Below the pieces are notes generated by a model. That model saw only the letters and a program-made list of their open reading frames with translations, was not told where the DNA came from and searched no databases. From positions 106,206,001-106,270,000 of the forward strand of contig OX597815.1 of assembly GCA_951406725.2 (NCBI GenBank): a stretch of 64,000 nucleotides of DNA, written 5' to 3'. The DNA comes from Octopus vulgaris (taxonomy: Eukaryota). Positions 1 through 14,400 of this stretch are shown piece by piece (the first letter of the stretch is position 1; each line of letters begins with the position of its first letter). A program made the position numbers and the translations under genes.

Positions 1-429
1 GTCTCTGGCACAAGCTATTATTTCATTTAACATTAAATAATCAAGCTGACAGAAGAGAATTAGCCTGAATATCTTACAGTATTTAATTTTGCCCTCCAAT
101 CCTATGTTCGAAACATGGCAGGATTGACTTGACTTTTTATTTCTCTCAAGTTAACAAAAAGAGAACACTAAGAAAATACTGGTTTTAATTTCATCAACTA
201 TACCTGACTCTTCAGAATGTTTTGCCTGATGCCTATGTAAGAAACCATTAATTAAATAAAGTTTTAATAGTTTAATTTCTCTACCCATCTCATTCCAATA
301 ATCAAAGAAATTTAATTGCATGTAAAATTCACTGATAACAATTCATTGACCAGCAATTTGCCATTTAGCAAAATCCTCCTTCAAAGAGATGAAAATATTG
401 TGACTATGTCAAAAGAATAAAGATTTGTT

Positions 430-1075
430 CATCATCATCATCGTCATTTAATGTTCGCTTTCCATGCTGGCATGGGAAGGATGGTTTGACTGAGGACTGG
501 CAAGCCAGAAGGCTGTATCAGGCTCCAATCTGATCTGGCAAAGTTTCTACAGCTGGATGCCCTTCCTAACACCATCTACTCCAAGAGTAGATGGTAGTGG
601 GTGCTTTTTATGTGCCACCAACACGAGGGCCAGTCAGACAGTACTCTGGCAACAACCACGCTCAAATGGTGCTCAAATGGTACTTCTCAAGCACAGTATA
701 TCTCCAAAGATATCTTCTCAAGCACAGCATATCTCCAAAGGTCTCAGTCACTCGTCATCACCTCTGTGAGGCCCAACGTTTGAAGGTTGTGCTTCACCAA
801 CTCATCCCAGGTTTTCTTGGGTCTACTTCTTCCACAGGTTCCCTCTACTGCTAGGGTGTGACACTTTTTCAAACAGCTGTCCTCATCCATACACAACACA
901 TGACCATACCAGTGCAGTCGTCTCTCTTGCACACCACATCTGATGCTTCTTATATCCAACTTTTCTCTCAGGGCACTTATACTCTGTCATGCATGCACAC
1001 TGACATTACACATCCAACGGAGCATACTAGCTTCATTTCTTGCAAACTTACGCATATCCTCAGTAGTCACAGCCC
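430..1075 (-). mobile_element. 5'-truncated RTE copy (C-terminal ORF end, 3' UTR, (GAT)n tail)
   Basis: ORF 744-959 RLHWYGHV...GRSRPKKTW; tail catcatc...tttaatgttcgctttccatgc shared with the 33144 copy. Confidence 0.9.
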
Positions 1076-2469
1076 AAATACAAACCGAAGGGTCTATCAA
1101 TCCATATTTTAAGGACTTAGTTCATGTCATCTCATTTTAGAAATCCTTCCAAAGTTTTGTCAATGTTTTCACTGTTTTAAAATAAATTTTGGGAGTAATA
1201 AGTATTTTTATTTTTATTTTTTTAACCCTTGATTATATTATGATATTAGTATTTATTAATTTGCCCCTGTTGAGTATATGGATCATTCATTTACTTGTAT
1301 ATGAATTTGCTAGTTGGTGAATTGTTGATTGGTAAATTGCCATTGGTGAATTGGCATCAGTGAATTACTGTCTGCAGAATTTTCCTTGACTTACAAAGGT
1401 CATAGGGACTATCTCTACTCCTCACACAGTCTGATTAATATTGATAAAAATAATAATAAAAAGTACATTATCTTACATTTCATTTATTTTCTGTCTCAAT
1501 ATGAATTAGAAACTTTTGGCCTGACTATTCGATAAAGCATGAAGTAAATGCAATAATGTTTTCATTATATAATGGTTTCATATAGAATATTATGAGGGAA
1601 AAGTAGGAGCCAGATTTATTAACTCTGTTAAATAAGAAACAATCTTGATTTGTTTTGTCTTTGATGATTTCTATAAACAGAAACAGTTACAACCATTAAA
1701 TCCTATTCTAGTTTCTGCTCTTATCCCATATCTTCATCTTGGTGTAATATTATAAGATATAAAAAAAAACAGAGGGGTTAGATCACCATATGCAATATTA
1801 CTAGCTTTCTTCCTTTGATGTTCCCATCAAGGTATAAAGCTCAGTTCACATTAACAGAAGTACAGAGCAGTAGTTTGAGGAGTTTTCTTACATGAAATAG
1901 CCTGGTGAAGCAATCCTGTTCTATTGTCAATATGCAATCTTTGGGAAGGAATGGATGTCTACAGAAATGGCAGTTGTCTGTCTAATCTATTGATAAACTC
2001 AGGTTAACCCTAATTGTTGCTGAGCTTCAGGTTAGACTTGCTTAAACATGCTTAAGTCTAATCTATTCAGATTTACTGGCAGTTTAAAAGAATGAGAAGT
2101 TTGAAATGAAAAAAAAATATTAATGAATAACTAATTTTTTCTCTACACTTGCAATATCTTAACTACAACTTGTTTCACCAAATCTACAACTTAAGTTCTC
2201 CCATGTATTATCTGTGATATATAAGAATATTAACACTGTGAATAACTTAATGAATGTGTAATTTTGAGTGTGCTTGTTCTACTATGAATCTACTCACAAA
2301 TAAAAGACAGTTCACTTTATTCAAGCTGTTAATAACTTTAAGAAAAGCTTGAATGTTACACAAACTAGTTTCTTTCAATGTTCCTATATATTATTTAGTT
2401 GTGGTCATATCAAGTTTTACAAATAAGTGATTTTAGTATTTTATTTTCCTAAATAAATTTACTATCAAG

Positions 2470-2615
2470 ATGACTATGATTCCTATGATGAAGAATTTCA
2501 TAGATTAATGGCAGAAAACCTGGAGAAGAAAGAAAACCATATTGAAGAAGATCTGGCTAAAGCAAAAAAACAAATCCCCTACAAAGAGAAATGTGTTGAG
2601 CTATCTAAAGAAAAG
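2470..2615 (+). CDS. Dynein HC exon 1 in window (stalk CC1 with acidic stretch)
   Basis: aag|AT...AAG|gttaga; DYDSYDEEFHRLMAENLEKKENHIEEDLAKAKKQIPYKEKCVELSKEK; phase 1 to 0; acceptor position less certain. Confidence 0.75.
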
Positions 2616-5600
2616 GTTAGATCATTTTCTTTTTATATATTTATGTTGTTATTACACAACACAAATAATATGACTGTCTGTATATGTGGGGAAGTGCATT
2701 TGTCAAATACGTAAGTCAACTTATTCACACTTTCAACCTTATAACTTTTTTTTCCTTGTAACTCTTCAAGTCTGAATTACAAAATAAACTATTTTATGTT
2801 CAATACAGATTTTAATGCATCTGCAGATAAACACTTCTTGTGGATAAACATTTCCCAATATTTTAATTTTATTTATTTTTTTCTTTTTCGTTTCAGTCAT
2901 TTGACTGTGGCTATGATGGAGCGATCAATCTTCCAATAAATTTTTCTATAAATTATATAATTTATAATTTCTATAAATTCTGTAAAACTATAGTTTTCTT
3001 GAGAATATTATAGATTATGTAATAAAATGTAGTGCAGACAAGAAACAATATGTAGTTGATTTCCTTGCTAGAAATAACAACCAATTCACCTTCAGACAAC
3101 ACCTTAGTGTTTAAAAAGCAAGGAAGTGAAAATTGGATAATGTAAACTTAATTAGACTTTTAATAGCACATGAATATTGTTTTACCATTGTCATTTGTAT
3201 CATGATCATCATTGTGTACATTTAATGTCTTATTTCCATGCTGGCATGGGTTGAACAGCTTGACAGGAACTGGCAAGGTCAGGGTCCATACAAGGTTCCA
3301 TAGTCTGTTTTGGCTCTGTTTCTACAGCTGGATGCCCTTCCTAATGTCAGACACTTTACAGAGAATACTGAGGTTTTTTACATGGCACCATTACCAGTGC
3401 TTCTTATGTGGCACCAGCACCAATGATTTTTATGTGGCACCATCACTCACGCCAATGCTTTTTATGTGATACCATCAATTCTGCAGTAATGATCTATATA
3501 GTATAAAAATATGCTCCATATTGACATTCAGAGCTAAACAGCAAAAACCAAATTATAGATTCAGTTTATCTCTTTGACATTTATTTCAATAGAAGATATT
3601 AATTGTAAGTATATAACAATTTAAATTTTTTCCCGTTAATTTGTAGATCTATTTTTGGAAAAGTAAAATAGACAGAAACTGTATAGAAAGCATCAGAGGG
3701 TTTGCTAATCCACCTAATTTGGTTGTTCATGTAATAAACATTGTTCTGATAATGACTGGCAAGCTAAATCCCCTGACTTACTTCAATATATCTATGGAAG
3801 ACCAAGAAATTCAGTTAATATCATCAGAACATTATAAAAACAGTAAGTGTTCAAGTTGACTTTTCATTTTAAGAATTCTGTAAAGCTGTAATGTTAATTT
3901 TAGGTTTTTAAACATCATTTAGCATACAGTATTATGTAGTATCATCATTTTTTAAATCAAATATCTTAGTACCTGATTTTTGTACATTTAGGTATGTCAC
4001 ATGTATGTAAAGCAAAAGACTTTAATGTGATCATATAACAACACAATGATTTAGTAATAATGTGAAATTATAGAATTATTTGCAATATCTATGTATTTCT
4101 AACATTTTAAATGACTACCAAATATTCAAATAACAGTTTTCTAATTATTACATCCTGCACATGTTTTGTTGTAAACACACAAGCAAATCAATATTTTTTC
4201 TTAAAATCCAATAGAATTCCAGATTTCATGGAAAGCTGTTCAACATATTCTAAGTGAGTCAAAGAAGTTTATCGACCTGCTACACAATTTTTCATTTGAG
4301 CAAGGATTAAAACCATCAGTTATACAAGGTAAAAATAAATCCAATTAAACTTTTTTCATTGTTTCATTAGTCTTGGTTATTTAGATATAAGTTTACTCCT
4401 TATGATAAACTGTTTTGAGAATATTCCAGCAAGAAACACTTTAATATCATTTCCTGTTCAAACAGAAACTATATGTATGAATAATATATATGACTAATTA
4501 ATACTAACATTGGCATGAGGCCACACATTTTAGGGATGCATATTTAAATAAATAGAATCCACTGCTAGGATTGGATTTAAGAATAAGAAGCAAAGTCAGC
4601 CATTGCAGAAACTGAACTCACAATGTGAAAAGATTTAATTAAATAACAAAAAGCATTCTGTCCAGTGCATTACTAATTCTTCTATTAATTGCTCTAATGC
4701 TATTTGATAATAATTCAAGTTTTTAAATATCTAATTTTGTTAAATTTAAATCCACTTTGAAAATGTAATTAGAGACCAGCTAGTAATTGCATTTAATTAA
4801 AATTCAGATACAAAATTGAGAATGAAAATAAGCGATTCATATAATTATTGAAAAATCTTCATTGATAATTACGGTAGCTTCTGAAAATAGCTTTTTCTAT
4901 TCTGCTTCCTTTAGACAACAAATTGTCTCAAATTCCTTCTTTCATTTATCAATAAAAAGAAATTGCACAACATTAAATAGCTTCTTATTTAAAATGTTCA
5001 ATTTTTATTCCATTTCTCACTCCTTTTTTTTTTTTTTTTTATTTGACTTCATTTTAGCAATATCATCATATCTCTCACCTCAAGAAATACAAATTAACTT
5101 ACAATCAATCCAGACTGCTGTACAGTCAGGTATGGAGTGCAGTTTCTTCAAGTTTTAGTCTTCTTATCATATCTGTATATAAACGTCTTTAAATAAAAAT
5201 TAATATGTGAAGGAGAAAAACTTAATCTTTATATTTAAATAAATTTCTAAATATGAGCTTGTATTGGATAACTTTACATTTCTACAATTCTTTAAATTGT
5301 CTTTTTCTTAATTCTTAGTTAATCCCATCAGACCATCTCATGATTTAAAATATAACTCTACGTTACAAGTGAGATATAAAAGTTAAAAGCCATTGAAATC
5401 TGTTTAGCATTCAGTTTTATCATTCAACATGTTATTATACAGCAACTTTAGCATAGTTCACTTCAAAAGATTAGGGATGTAATATAGATTCTACAAATGT
5501 TGGAGAACCATTCAAAGAAACAGCATTCAGTTTCAATGGGTTCAAGGCAATGATCAGTCCATGTGATAGTTGATAGAAGAATTTAGTGTGTAGAATTCAA

Positions 5601-8600
5601 TATGTCATCTGAGAGTTAGAAAAAGTGAGAAGTAGTCTTGTCACTTTGGTTGCAAAGCAACAACATTTTATTTTTATTTTTTAATATCAATTGGTGAGCA
5701 AAAAATGTTGGGTTCTTGACACTTTGCAGCGATTGAATTTATCAAACTCTTATATGAACTCTTATTTCTACTGCACATTTATCATTCTCAACTGATAAAA
5801 CAGATCTGCAGTTTTAATTTAACCCTTACTAAATATCTGAGTTCAGCAGTTTATAATTGAACTACTCTTATATGAGGTGTTTGATTGATTGCATTATTCC
5901 AGGAATGTCCTTAAGGAATTTGTTCACGTTTTGACATGTCTTAATACTTTTTTTCTCTGAAAGTTCATGAGAAGATTGTAACTCAACAATGCATGCTTTT
6001 AAGACATTCATCAGTTTTACCAAGTACTCTCTGTTTTTGAATTATATGTCTTTACTAAGATCACAAGACATTGCCATAAACTATTTACTTTTCAATAAGT
6101 AACTCACTACCATAATGACTCGGTCAACTGTGATTCAACTTAGTTCCTCTACCATTCCATAATATCTCAGTTTGAAAAATCAAAATTACTAAGGGTTAGC
6201 CCCAAATTAAAACAATCTACTCTATTACTTAGGTCTGACCCCAACACTAAAATCTGTTTTATTACTTACTAACCTTTAATACATTACTGCTCTATTTTAG
6301 ACTATAAAATCACAGGGATGTAATCTCAAGTTCTTATTGATTTTTCACCGTTGTAACATAAACATTTTTTTCTCTTTCATCTCCATAGATACCTCTGTTC
6401 AGCATGTCTGTAAAGTTCTGCCAGGTAATGGTATCACTGTGGCAGAAGCTAAACATGCTAGTAAAGATGTTGCTATTCTATTGCAATATGTCCTATCTTT
6501 AGTTGTTTACTCAACATTCTGCAAGGAACTACAAGAACTGAATGAAACTATTAAAGAACTTGAAGAACAAATCTTCAGAAATAGCAAACAGAATTCAACA
6601 CCTGACAATGTAAGCTGCTATTAATTTGTTTTTGCACTAGACATCAGAGAAAGTTTAATCAAACTGAAACTACTCCAATATATTACTGGTACATTATATA
6701 TGCAAATTAATATTGCTTTCTTTGACTTGCTATTAGGCCGGTTTTTCTTGGGTGGCTGTATAAAGTAAATTAAACTCTTTTCACCCATTTTATCATTACT
6801 ACAACGAGTTTTTCTCTTCTCAGTTTGGTAGTTTTATGCCCCTCCACCTAAGCTTAATCATGTCTCCTCTACTTATCACACCTTCTGTATCCCATCACCA
6901 AAGTTCTTTGTTAACCTCTTTCCCAATCCTTCCTTCCTGGAATATCCACACTCTGGAATTCCCATCTCACTAACACATTTTCTCCAGATGTTGACTTATA
7001 AACACTCAAACTCAATGTCATCTACATCAGTCTTACCAGTGTCAGAGAGTCTGTGAAGACACTTATATACAACCTCTTTCTCCTAAACCATAAAAACAAA
7101 TTAGTTCCTATATATTACTACTACTTACTCTATTGACTCTAAAGCTCATTCCATCATCAGCAGTTCAAGAAGAACACCACAACAGTTTCAAAGTATATTT
7201 GGAAACCAAGAGATAAAGGAAAGACCACCAATATTACATGGACAGTGATACAAAATTAGAGATTGACGAATGGTTAATAAGGGCTGTACAGGCCCTATAC
7301 AGAGAGGCCATTAGTAAGGTTTAGGATTAGCAATGAGTATAGTGAAGAATTCCAGGTAAAAGTAGGGATCCACCAAGGTTCAGCCCTCAGTCCCCTTTTA
7401 TTCATCATAGTCCTCCAGGCAGTAACAGAGGAATTCAAGACAGGTTGCCCCTGGGAACTCCTCCATGCTGATGACCTGGCCCTCAAAGCAGAATCACTAC
7501 CAGAACTAGAAAAGAGATTTCGGGTGTGGAAGCAAGGTTTAGAATCAAAAGGCCTTAAAGTCAATGTAGCAAAAACCAAAGTTCTAGTAAGTAGGAAGGT
7601 GAACTCATCACACACACCTTCAGGTAGGTGGCCCTACATTAGATGTACCCAGTGTAAGCTATGGACGCATAAGAGATGCAGCCACATCAAAGGAAGATTA
7701 ACCAAGAAGATAGCTTTCGTGTGCATCAGATGCACAGGGGCAATAAACACCACAGATGCTCAGAAAATAGATTCCATCACACTCCAGGGGGAGAAACTAG
7801 AAGTAGTTGATAGCTTCCACTACCTAGGTGACCAAGTTAGTAGTGGGGGTGGATGCTCAGAGAGTGTTACCACTAGAATAAGAATAGCCTGGGCAAAGTT
7901 TAGAAAGCTTCTACTGCTACTGGTGACAAAGGGCCTCTCACTCAGAGTGAAAGGTAGATTGTACGTTGCATTCGTGCAAACTGCCATGCTTCATGACAGT
8001 GAAACTTGGGCCATGACTGCGGAGGACATGCGTAGGCTCGAAAGAAATAAAGCTAGCATGATCTGCTGGATGTGTAGTGTCAGTGTGCACACATGACAGA
8101 GTGTAAGAGCCCTGAGAGAAATGTTGGACATAAGAAGCATTAGCTGTGGCATGCAAGAGAAACGTTTGTGCTGGTATGGTCATGTACTACAGATGGATGA
8201 GGAGAGATGTGTGAAGAAGTGCCACTCCCAAACAGTTGAAGGAATCTAGAGTAGAGTTAGACCCAGGAAGACATGGGATGAGGTGATCAAGCATGACCTT
8301 CGAATGTTGGGCCTCACAGAGGCAATGACAAAATACCAAAACCTCTGGAGATATGCTGTGACTACAAAGACCCGGCAAATAAAGTGAGTTCACAGCTGTA
8401 TCCTACACCAGTTCTGCATAACCAGCCCCAGCCCATTCAAAAGTACCTTGGATTGTAGGGTGACCTGCTGTGCATCAGGAGACCAATTGAGTCAAGTACA
8501 TCAACATCAAAATAATAATCAAATGGAAATTGTAGTTCTGATACCCGTGCTAGTGGCATGTAAAAAGCACCATCCGAACGTGGCCGATGCCAGCGCCACC

Positions 8601-10011
8601 TTGATTGGCTTCCATGCCGGTGGTACATAAAAAGCACTAATCGATCATGGCTGTTGCCAGCCTCCTCTGGCCCCTGTGACAGTGGCACATAAAAAGCACC
8701 CACTACACTCACAGAGTGGTTGGCATTAGGAAGGGCATCCAGCTGTAGAAACATTGCCAGGTCAGACTGGAGCCTGGTGCAGCCTCCTGGCTCCCCAGAC
8801 CCCGGTCAAACCATCCAACTCATGCTAGCATGGAAAATGGACGTTAAACGATGATGATGTATCAGTATTTACGAATGAATTGAAGTACTGTAACCTCTAT
8901 AATGCAGACAAACTCCATAACACTTACACCACTACTCCAATCCTGGTTGTGCGCATGAATGAGTGATTAAGAAATTCACTTTGGAAATATGTGCAGCACT
9001 TTGGGTAAGTGCCTTCTATCATAGCATTGAAAACTTTCTGAATAAAAATGATAGTTGAAAACTGTATGGAAGTTCATTAGAAAAACTGTTCCTCTTTCTT
9101 GAGTGATAGACTTAATCCATCACTTGCTTAAATACCATCATCACTTGATCCTTAGATGACTTTTGCAGATTCCACTTTGTTGCAAGCATTTGGGCCAGGT
9201 GTCCAATATAAGAATAACTTCCTTCACTACAAGTTAATGTCAAAAAGGTCCCGGACTAGTTCTGTAGCATGCCAACAGATGGTAGTACATGGTTACGTGC
9301 ACAATGAAAGCTAGTAGTGACCTTCATGAGACAGTGTGCTGAGTGATATCGCTATGTTTATTTTGCAAGTTGTAAAATCTGTGATTCTGTGATCATGTGT
9401 ATGCTATGGTCTGCAATTTTGTCATGGACAGGAACAAGGAGCCAACATGAAATTTTGCATTAAACTTGCAAGGTCTGCTACAGAGACATTGAACATGCTT
9501 TGGCAAGCTTATGGTGACAAGACAATGGATCGGACTCAATGTTTCAAGTGGCATGGGTGCTTCAAAATCAGAACATTCCTGGGAGATGATGAGCAATCTG
9601 GAAGACCTGCCATGAGTGTCACCTTTGGAAATGTGGTATTGTGCACCAGTATTTGAAGTGTTTGAGAGAGGATATTCAGCAAAAGTGACTGGATCTGTAG
9701 AGCACAAAGAATTAGATTCTTCATGATGACAATGCACCCTATCACTGAGCTCTCCTCCCTTGTGAGTTTCTTATCAAAAACAACATGGTATTGTTTCTGC
9801 ACCCACCCTATTCACCAGATTTAGCACCAACAGTCTTCCATCTCTTCTCCAAGATGAAAATGCAGCTCAAATGTCACTGTTTTAACACCGTTGTTGAGAT
9901 CCAGAGTGAATGATTTTCAGCAAGGTAATGAGATAAGGATGAGAGAAAAACATATTTAGTTCTGAGGTTATTGTGAACTAGTGAGAATATATACATATAT
10001 ACATTGAAGCA

Positions 10012-10057
<46 letters not shown>

Positions 10058-11408
10058 GTGTGCACACACATACATATACACACATACATATATATCAAAA
10101 TAATTAGATAATAATCTATGCTTTCAGGAGATTGAAATAACATCTGGCTTGGATAATGACATGGAGGTAGACTTCAATAAAGATGCCATCCCGGTTCTTG
10201 AGAAAGAAATTGAGAGTCTACAGAGGCCATATAGAGAAGCTGTTGAATTAAAACATAGTCTTGAAAAAGAACTACAAAATAAGAACGATGAAATAAAAGC
10301 CACAAGGCTTCTACTTGAGAGGTAGTTTTTGTTGTTCTTTTTCTGTAACTTTCATCCATGCATCTCAGTGAGGTGGTACTTGGGTTATATAGAAGTTATA
10401 GTGTTACTATATTGATGGTTATTGTAATAGTACACAGTTATAGTGATATTATATAAAAGTTTGTAGTAACATAATATAAATGTTACAGAAGAGGAAGGAA
10501 AATTGTCCTGTTGGTTTAGCTTTAGTTTTTGGCATCTCTGGAAGTGTAGGCAGTTGCCCTATGATAACCCCACTGATAGGAGCTTTATCCAAATGCTTCA
10601 AAGAGAATGAATTCTATTAAATGTATTCATGGACTAGAAACTGATGTCATACAAGATGGCATGTTGAGCAACCATATACTACAGAATTGCATTAAGATAA
10701 CTCATACCCAGGTCAAATAATGTGTGTTTATGTGCATATATACATCCCCACACATTATTTGACTTGGGTATTCATGCATGTGTGTGTATGAATATGCTTA
10801 TTTCACACTCAGCATATGAATTAGTTGTTTTACAATTATACAGACGCGGGAGTGGCTGTGTGGTAAGTAGCTTGCTTACCAACCACATAGTTCCGGGTTC
10901 AGTCCCACAGTGTGTCACCTTAGACAAGTGTCTTCTACTATAGCCTCAGGCCAACCAAAGCCTTGTGAGTGGATCTGGTAGATGGAAACTGAAAGAAGCC
11001 TGTCATATATATATATATAATATATAATTTTTCTTACCCTATATTAATTTTAAGAAATGATTTTAGCAACTTCTGAAGTTTAATCACAATTTTTATTTGC
11101 TGCCAATTGAATTTGCACTTGCGCAAAGGATTTGAAAAATTATAATATATAAGGATGAAACACGTGCTATTTGGTCTCTAATGTTTTGGCATATCCACTG
11201 GGGAGAACTTCGCCTTGCAAATTGTTTTATTTGCTAATTAAAGTTCGAAACCTGAAGTCCGGCTGTAAAACATGGTAAATGTTTTTATATTTCATTCCCT
11301 ACGCAATTGCTCTTAAATGTGGTTTGGACTTTTTTACTGTTCTTTCTAGTATGTTAGGCAACCTGTTTAAGGGCTTGCCTCTTTGTGTTTAAGTGTACAT
11401 TAATTTAT

Positions 11409-11473
<65 letters not shown>

Positions 11474-14400
11474 CATGTGTTTGTGTGTCTGTGTTTGTAC
11501 CCCAACCATCTCTTGACAACCGATGTTGGTGTGTTTATGTCCCCATAACTTAGCGGTTCAGCAAAAGAGACCTATAGAATAAGTACTAGGCTTACAAAGA
11601 CTGAGTCCTGAGGTCAATTTGTTCAACTAAAGGTGGTACTGCAGCATGGCCACAGTCAAATGATTGAAACAAATAAAAGAATAAAAGAATATAGAGGGTT
11701 TATGACTTTATACAGAAGTTACAATGAACACTCAAATACCTTCTATATGTAGCTATAATGAGTTCATACATCGATGCAAGGTAATAAATCTTTAAAAGAA
11801 GACCATAGTGGATTAAATTATATGCTGCTTAATTATCAGCATCAGCTAATTTACTTGAAACTCATTTTGGCTAGCTAACCACCTTCTACAATAGTAATAA
11901 GAATTGTGAGAACACATAATACACAGATTGTATCATCATCATCATTGTCATCATCATCATCATATCATTATCCGATATATGGAATGTGTGTGTTTACAAT
12001 TATGGTCCAGGTAAAAGTTTGAGGTATTATTATGAATGTTATTTGTATAGGATAGTGGCATAACTTAAATGGTAAAGTGCCAAACTAGATACATTCTAGG
12101 ATTTAGTTACGTTTCCTATCCATTTTGATCCAAATCCCTTTTCCAATTTGATTTTCAATCCTTCCATGAAGAACCTAATTACTGAGGTTAATTCATCATC
12201 ATCCTCATCATTTAACATTTGTTTTCCATGCTGCCATGGATTGGACAGCTTGATAAAGCTGGCAAATAGAGAGCTGCACCAGGATCCATTTGTCTGTTCT
12301 ATGGCTGGTGGATGCCCTTCCTAATGCCAATTACTTTACAGAGTGCACTGGATGCTTTTTACATGGCACCAGCTGTGAGAGAAGGTGGAACGAAGGGAAG
12401 TGGTATAATTGAGGGACAGATATAGTTGTCTTACTATAGAGGAGATATTTGGCTACCCCAGTAGGACAAGGAAAGAGAAGAAGGGAAGAGTTAGTGAGAA
12501 AAATAGAAAAACAGTCAGTAAGAGAGAGAGAAAAATAGATGGTGTACAAGATGTATTGGGGCTTACCCACAGGGAACATTGGGGACAGTATAAATAGTAA
12601 AGAAGGGGGATATTCCATAAGAGTGTGAGGAGAGATGTTTAAAGATAGGGAGGATGTGATTGTAGCAAATGATGGTGAGAGAAATTGGAGTGGTGTGAGG
12701 TGAGTATGTTATATTTGTGAATGCATGTTAAATCAACTGCACCAATCCTCAAAACATTGTGGCCTTGGGCTTATTTTAGAATTATCAATATATTTGATCT
12801 GTTTAAAAAAAAGGCTCTTTACATTGTCATGAAAAGAAGTGTTTACTAGAGGAAAAATTTAGAAGCTGTGACTTCAATATGGTTTTCACATGAATACATG
12901 AAATATAAATACAATGGTATTACTCTCTCTGGGAATCAAAAACGGTTTTAAGATTTGCTTTACTGAGAACAATCTCTGCACTATGGTACACATTACCTAT
13001 AAATATTGATTTCTAACATTAACTAAAGACCACACATTTTGAAGGGGGCGATGTACTTAACTGAATCATCCTCAGTGTATGAATGGTATTTTTTTAATTA
13101 CCACCCAAAGAATATAAAAAGCAAAACATAATTTGAACTGAAAATTTAGTGTGACTATCTACCACAAGGCATTTAGTTTTGCACTTAACATTTCCATTCC
13201 TTGTTCACTCATTTCACATCATCTACTGCATCTTCTTAAAGCAATTATCTTCACTCTTCATTTTACATCATTTACCTCATTTTGTTAATAACAATTATCT
13301 TTACCATACTGAAAAATTGTTTCATGTATATATTTCACACAGCATACATTTTAAGAACATCAGGTTTTACAAATATACATTTGTTATGCTTTTTGAGATC
13401 ATCATCATTTTATGTCCAGTTTTCCAAGCTTACATGAGTCAGACAGAATCATTGATGCAAATTTTCTATAGTGGGATGCCCTTCTTGTTGCCAACCTTTA
13501 TCTTTCTCCAAGCAAGTTGATATTTTTCATGACCAAACATGCTTTTCGTGGAAATCTGGAAATAAATAACATTGCTTATATGATGATAATGATGCTCATT
13601 TACAAACATCTTATGATGTCAAGACAAGGGCACAGACAAACACATGTACACACACACACACATGCATGATGGCTGTTTTTCAGTTTCCATCTATCAAATC
13701 CACTCACAAGGTTTTATAATCAGCCTGGGTCCATAGTAAAAATACTTACTCCAAGGAGCTATGCAGTGAGATTGAACCTAAGACCACATAACTGGGAAGC
13801 AAGTTTCTTAACCACTCATCCTGTGCCTACTGCTACTCTGCAAAACAAATTTTTTTTTCATTTCTCTAGGTAATGATTTTTGTCATTGGATATGATTTTC
13901 GCACAAGCCTTTGATGATGCCTACACACTATGACAAAATTCTGAAATATGCTTGGGGCTGGACTTAGCAAAAATTTGTTTACTGGAAGTTTCCTCTTCTT
14001 CAGATGTTTAATCTAATTAATTCAGCCGCTATGATTTGCAAAAATAGATTAAGTTGAAAGCTAATTCTTTCTCCAATATTAGTACCAACATACAAAGCAT
14101 ATATATTTCTCTACATGAGCTCATCTCTTTTATATTTGATTTATATAAGCTAGATTTTGAATATTCCATAATCTGCCTTGACCATTTTGATGATAATTAT
14201 ACCAAAGTGTATGGTCTAATACTTTGCTGATGTATTATAGTCAGTGGTCCGTGACAGTTACAGCAAACTGGAGGAGGTTTGGGTATAATTGTTTCCGTAT
14301 AGAGTCAAATTGTTATAAAAAGGGATGGCCTCCTCTCCTACATTAAGAACTGGTTTAATGTTGAAGGGCTAAAATTTGAATCTTCTCACACTGAATCTTG

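Noticed and set aside
11716-11780. Possible extra exon (tacag|...AAG|gtaata)
   Set aside because: Its open frame is phase-incompatible with flanking exons 6 and 7, which already join in frame; no dynein similarity
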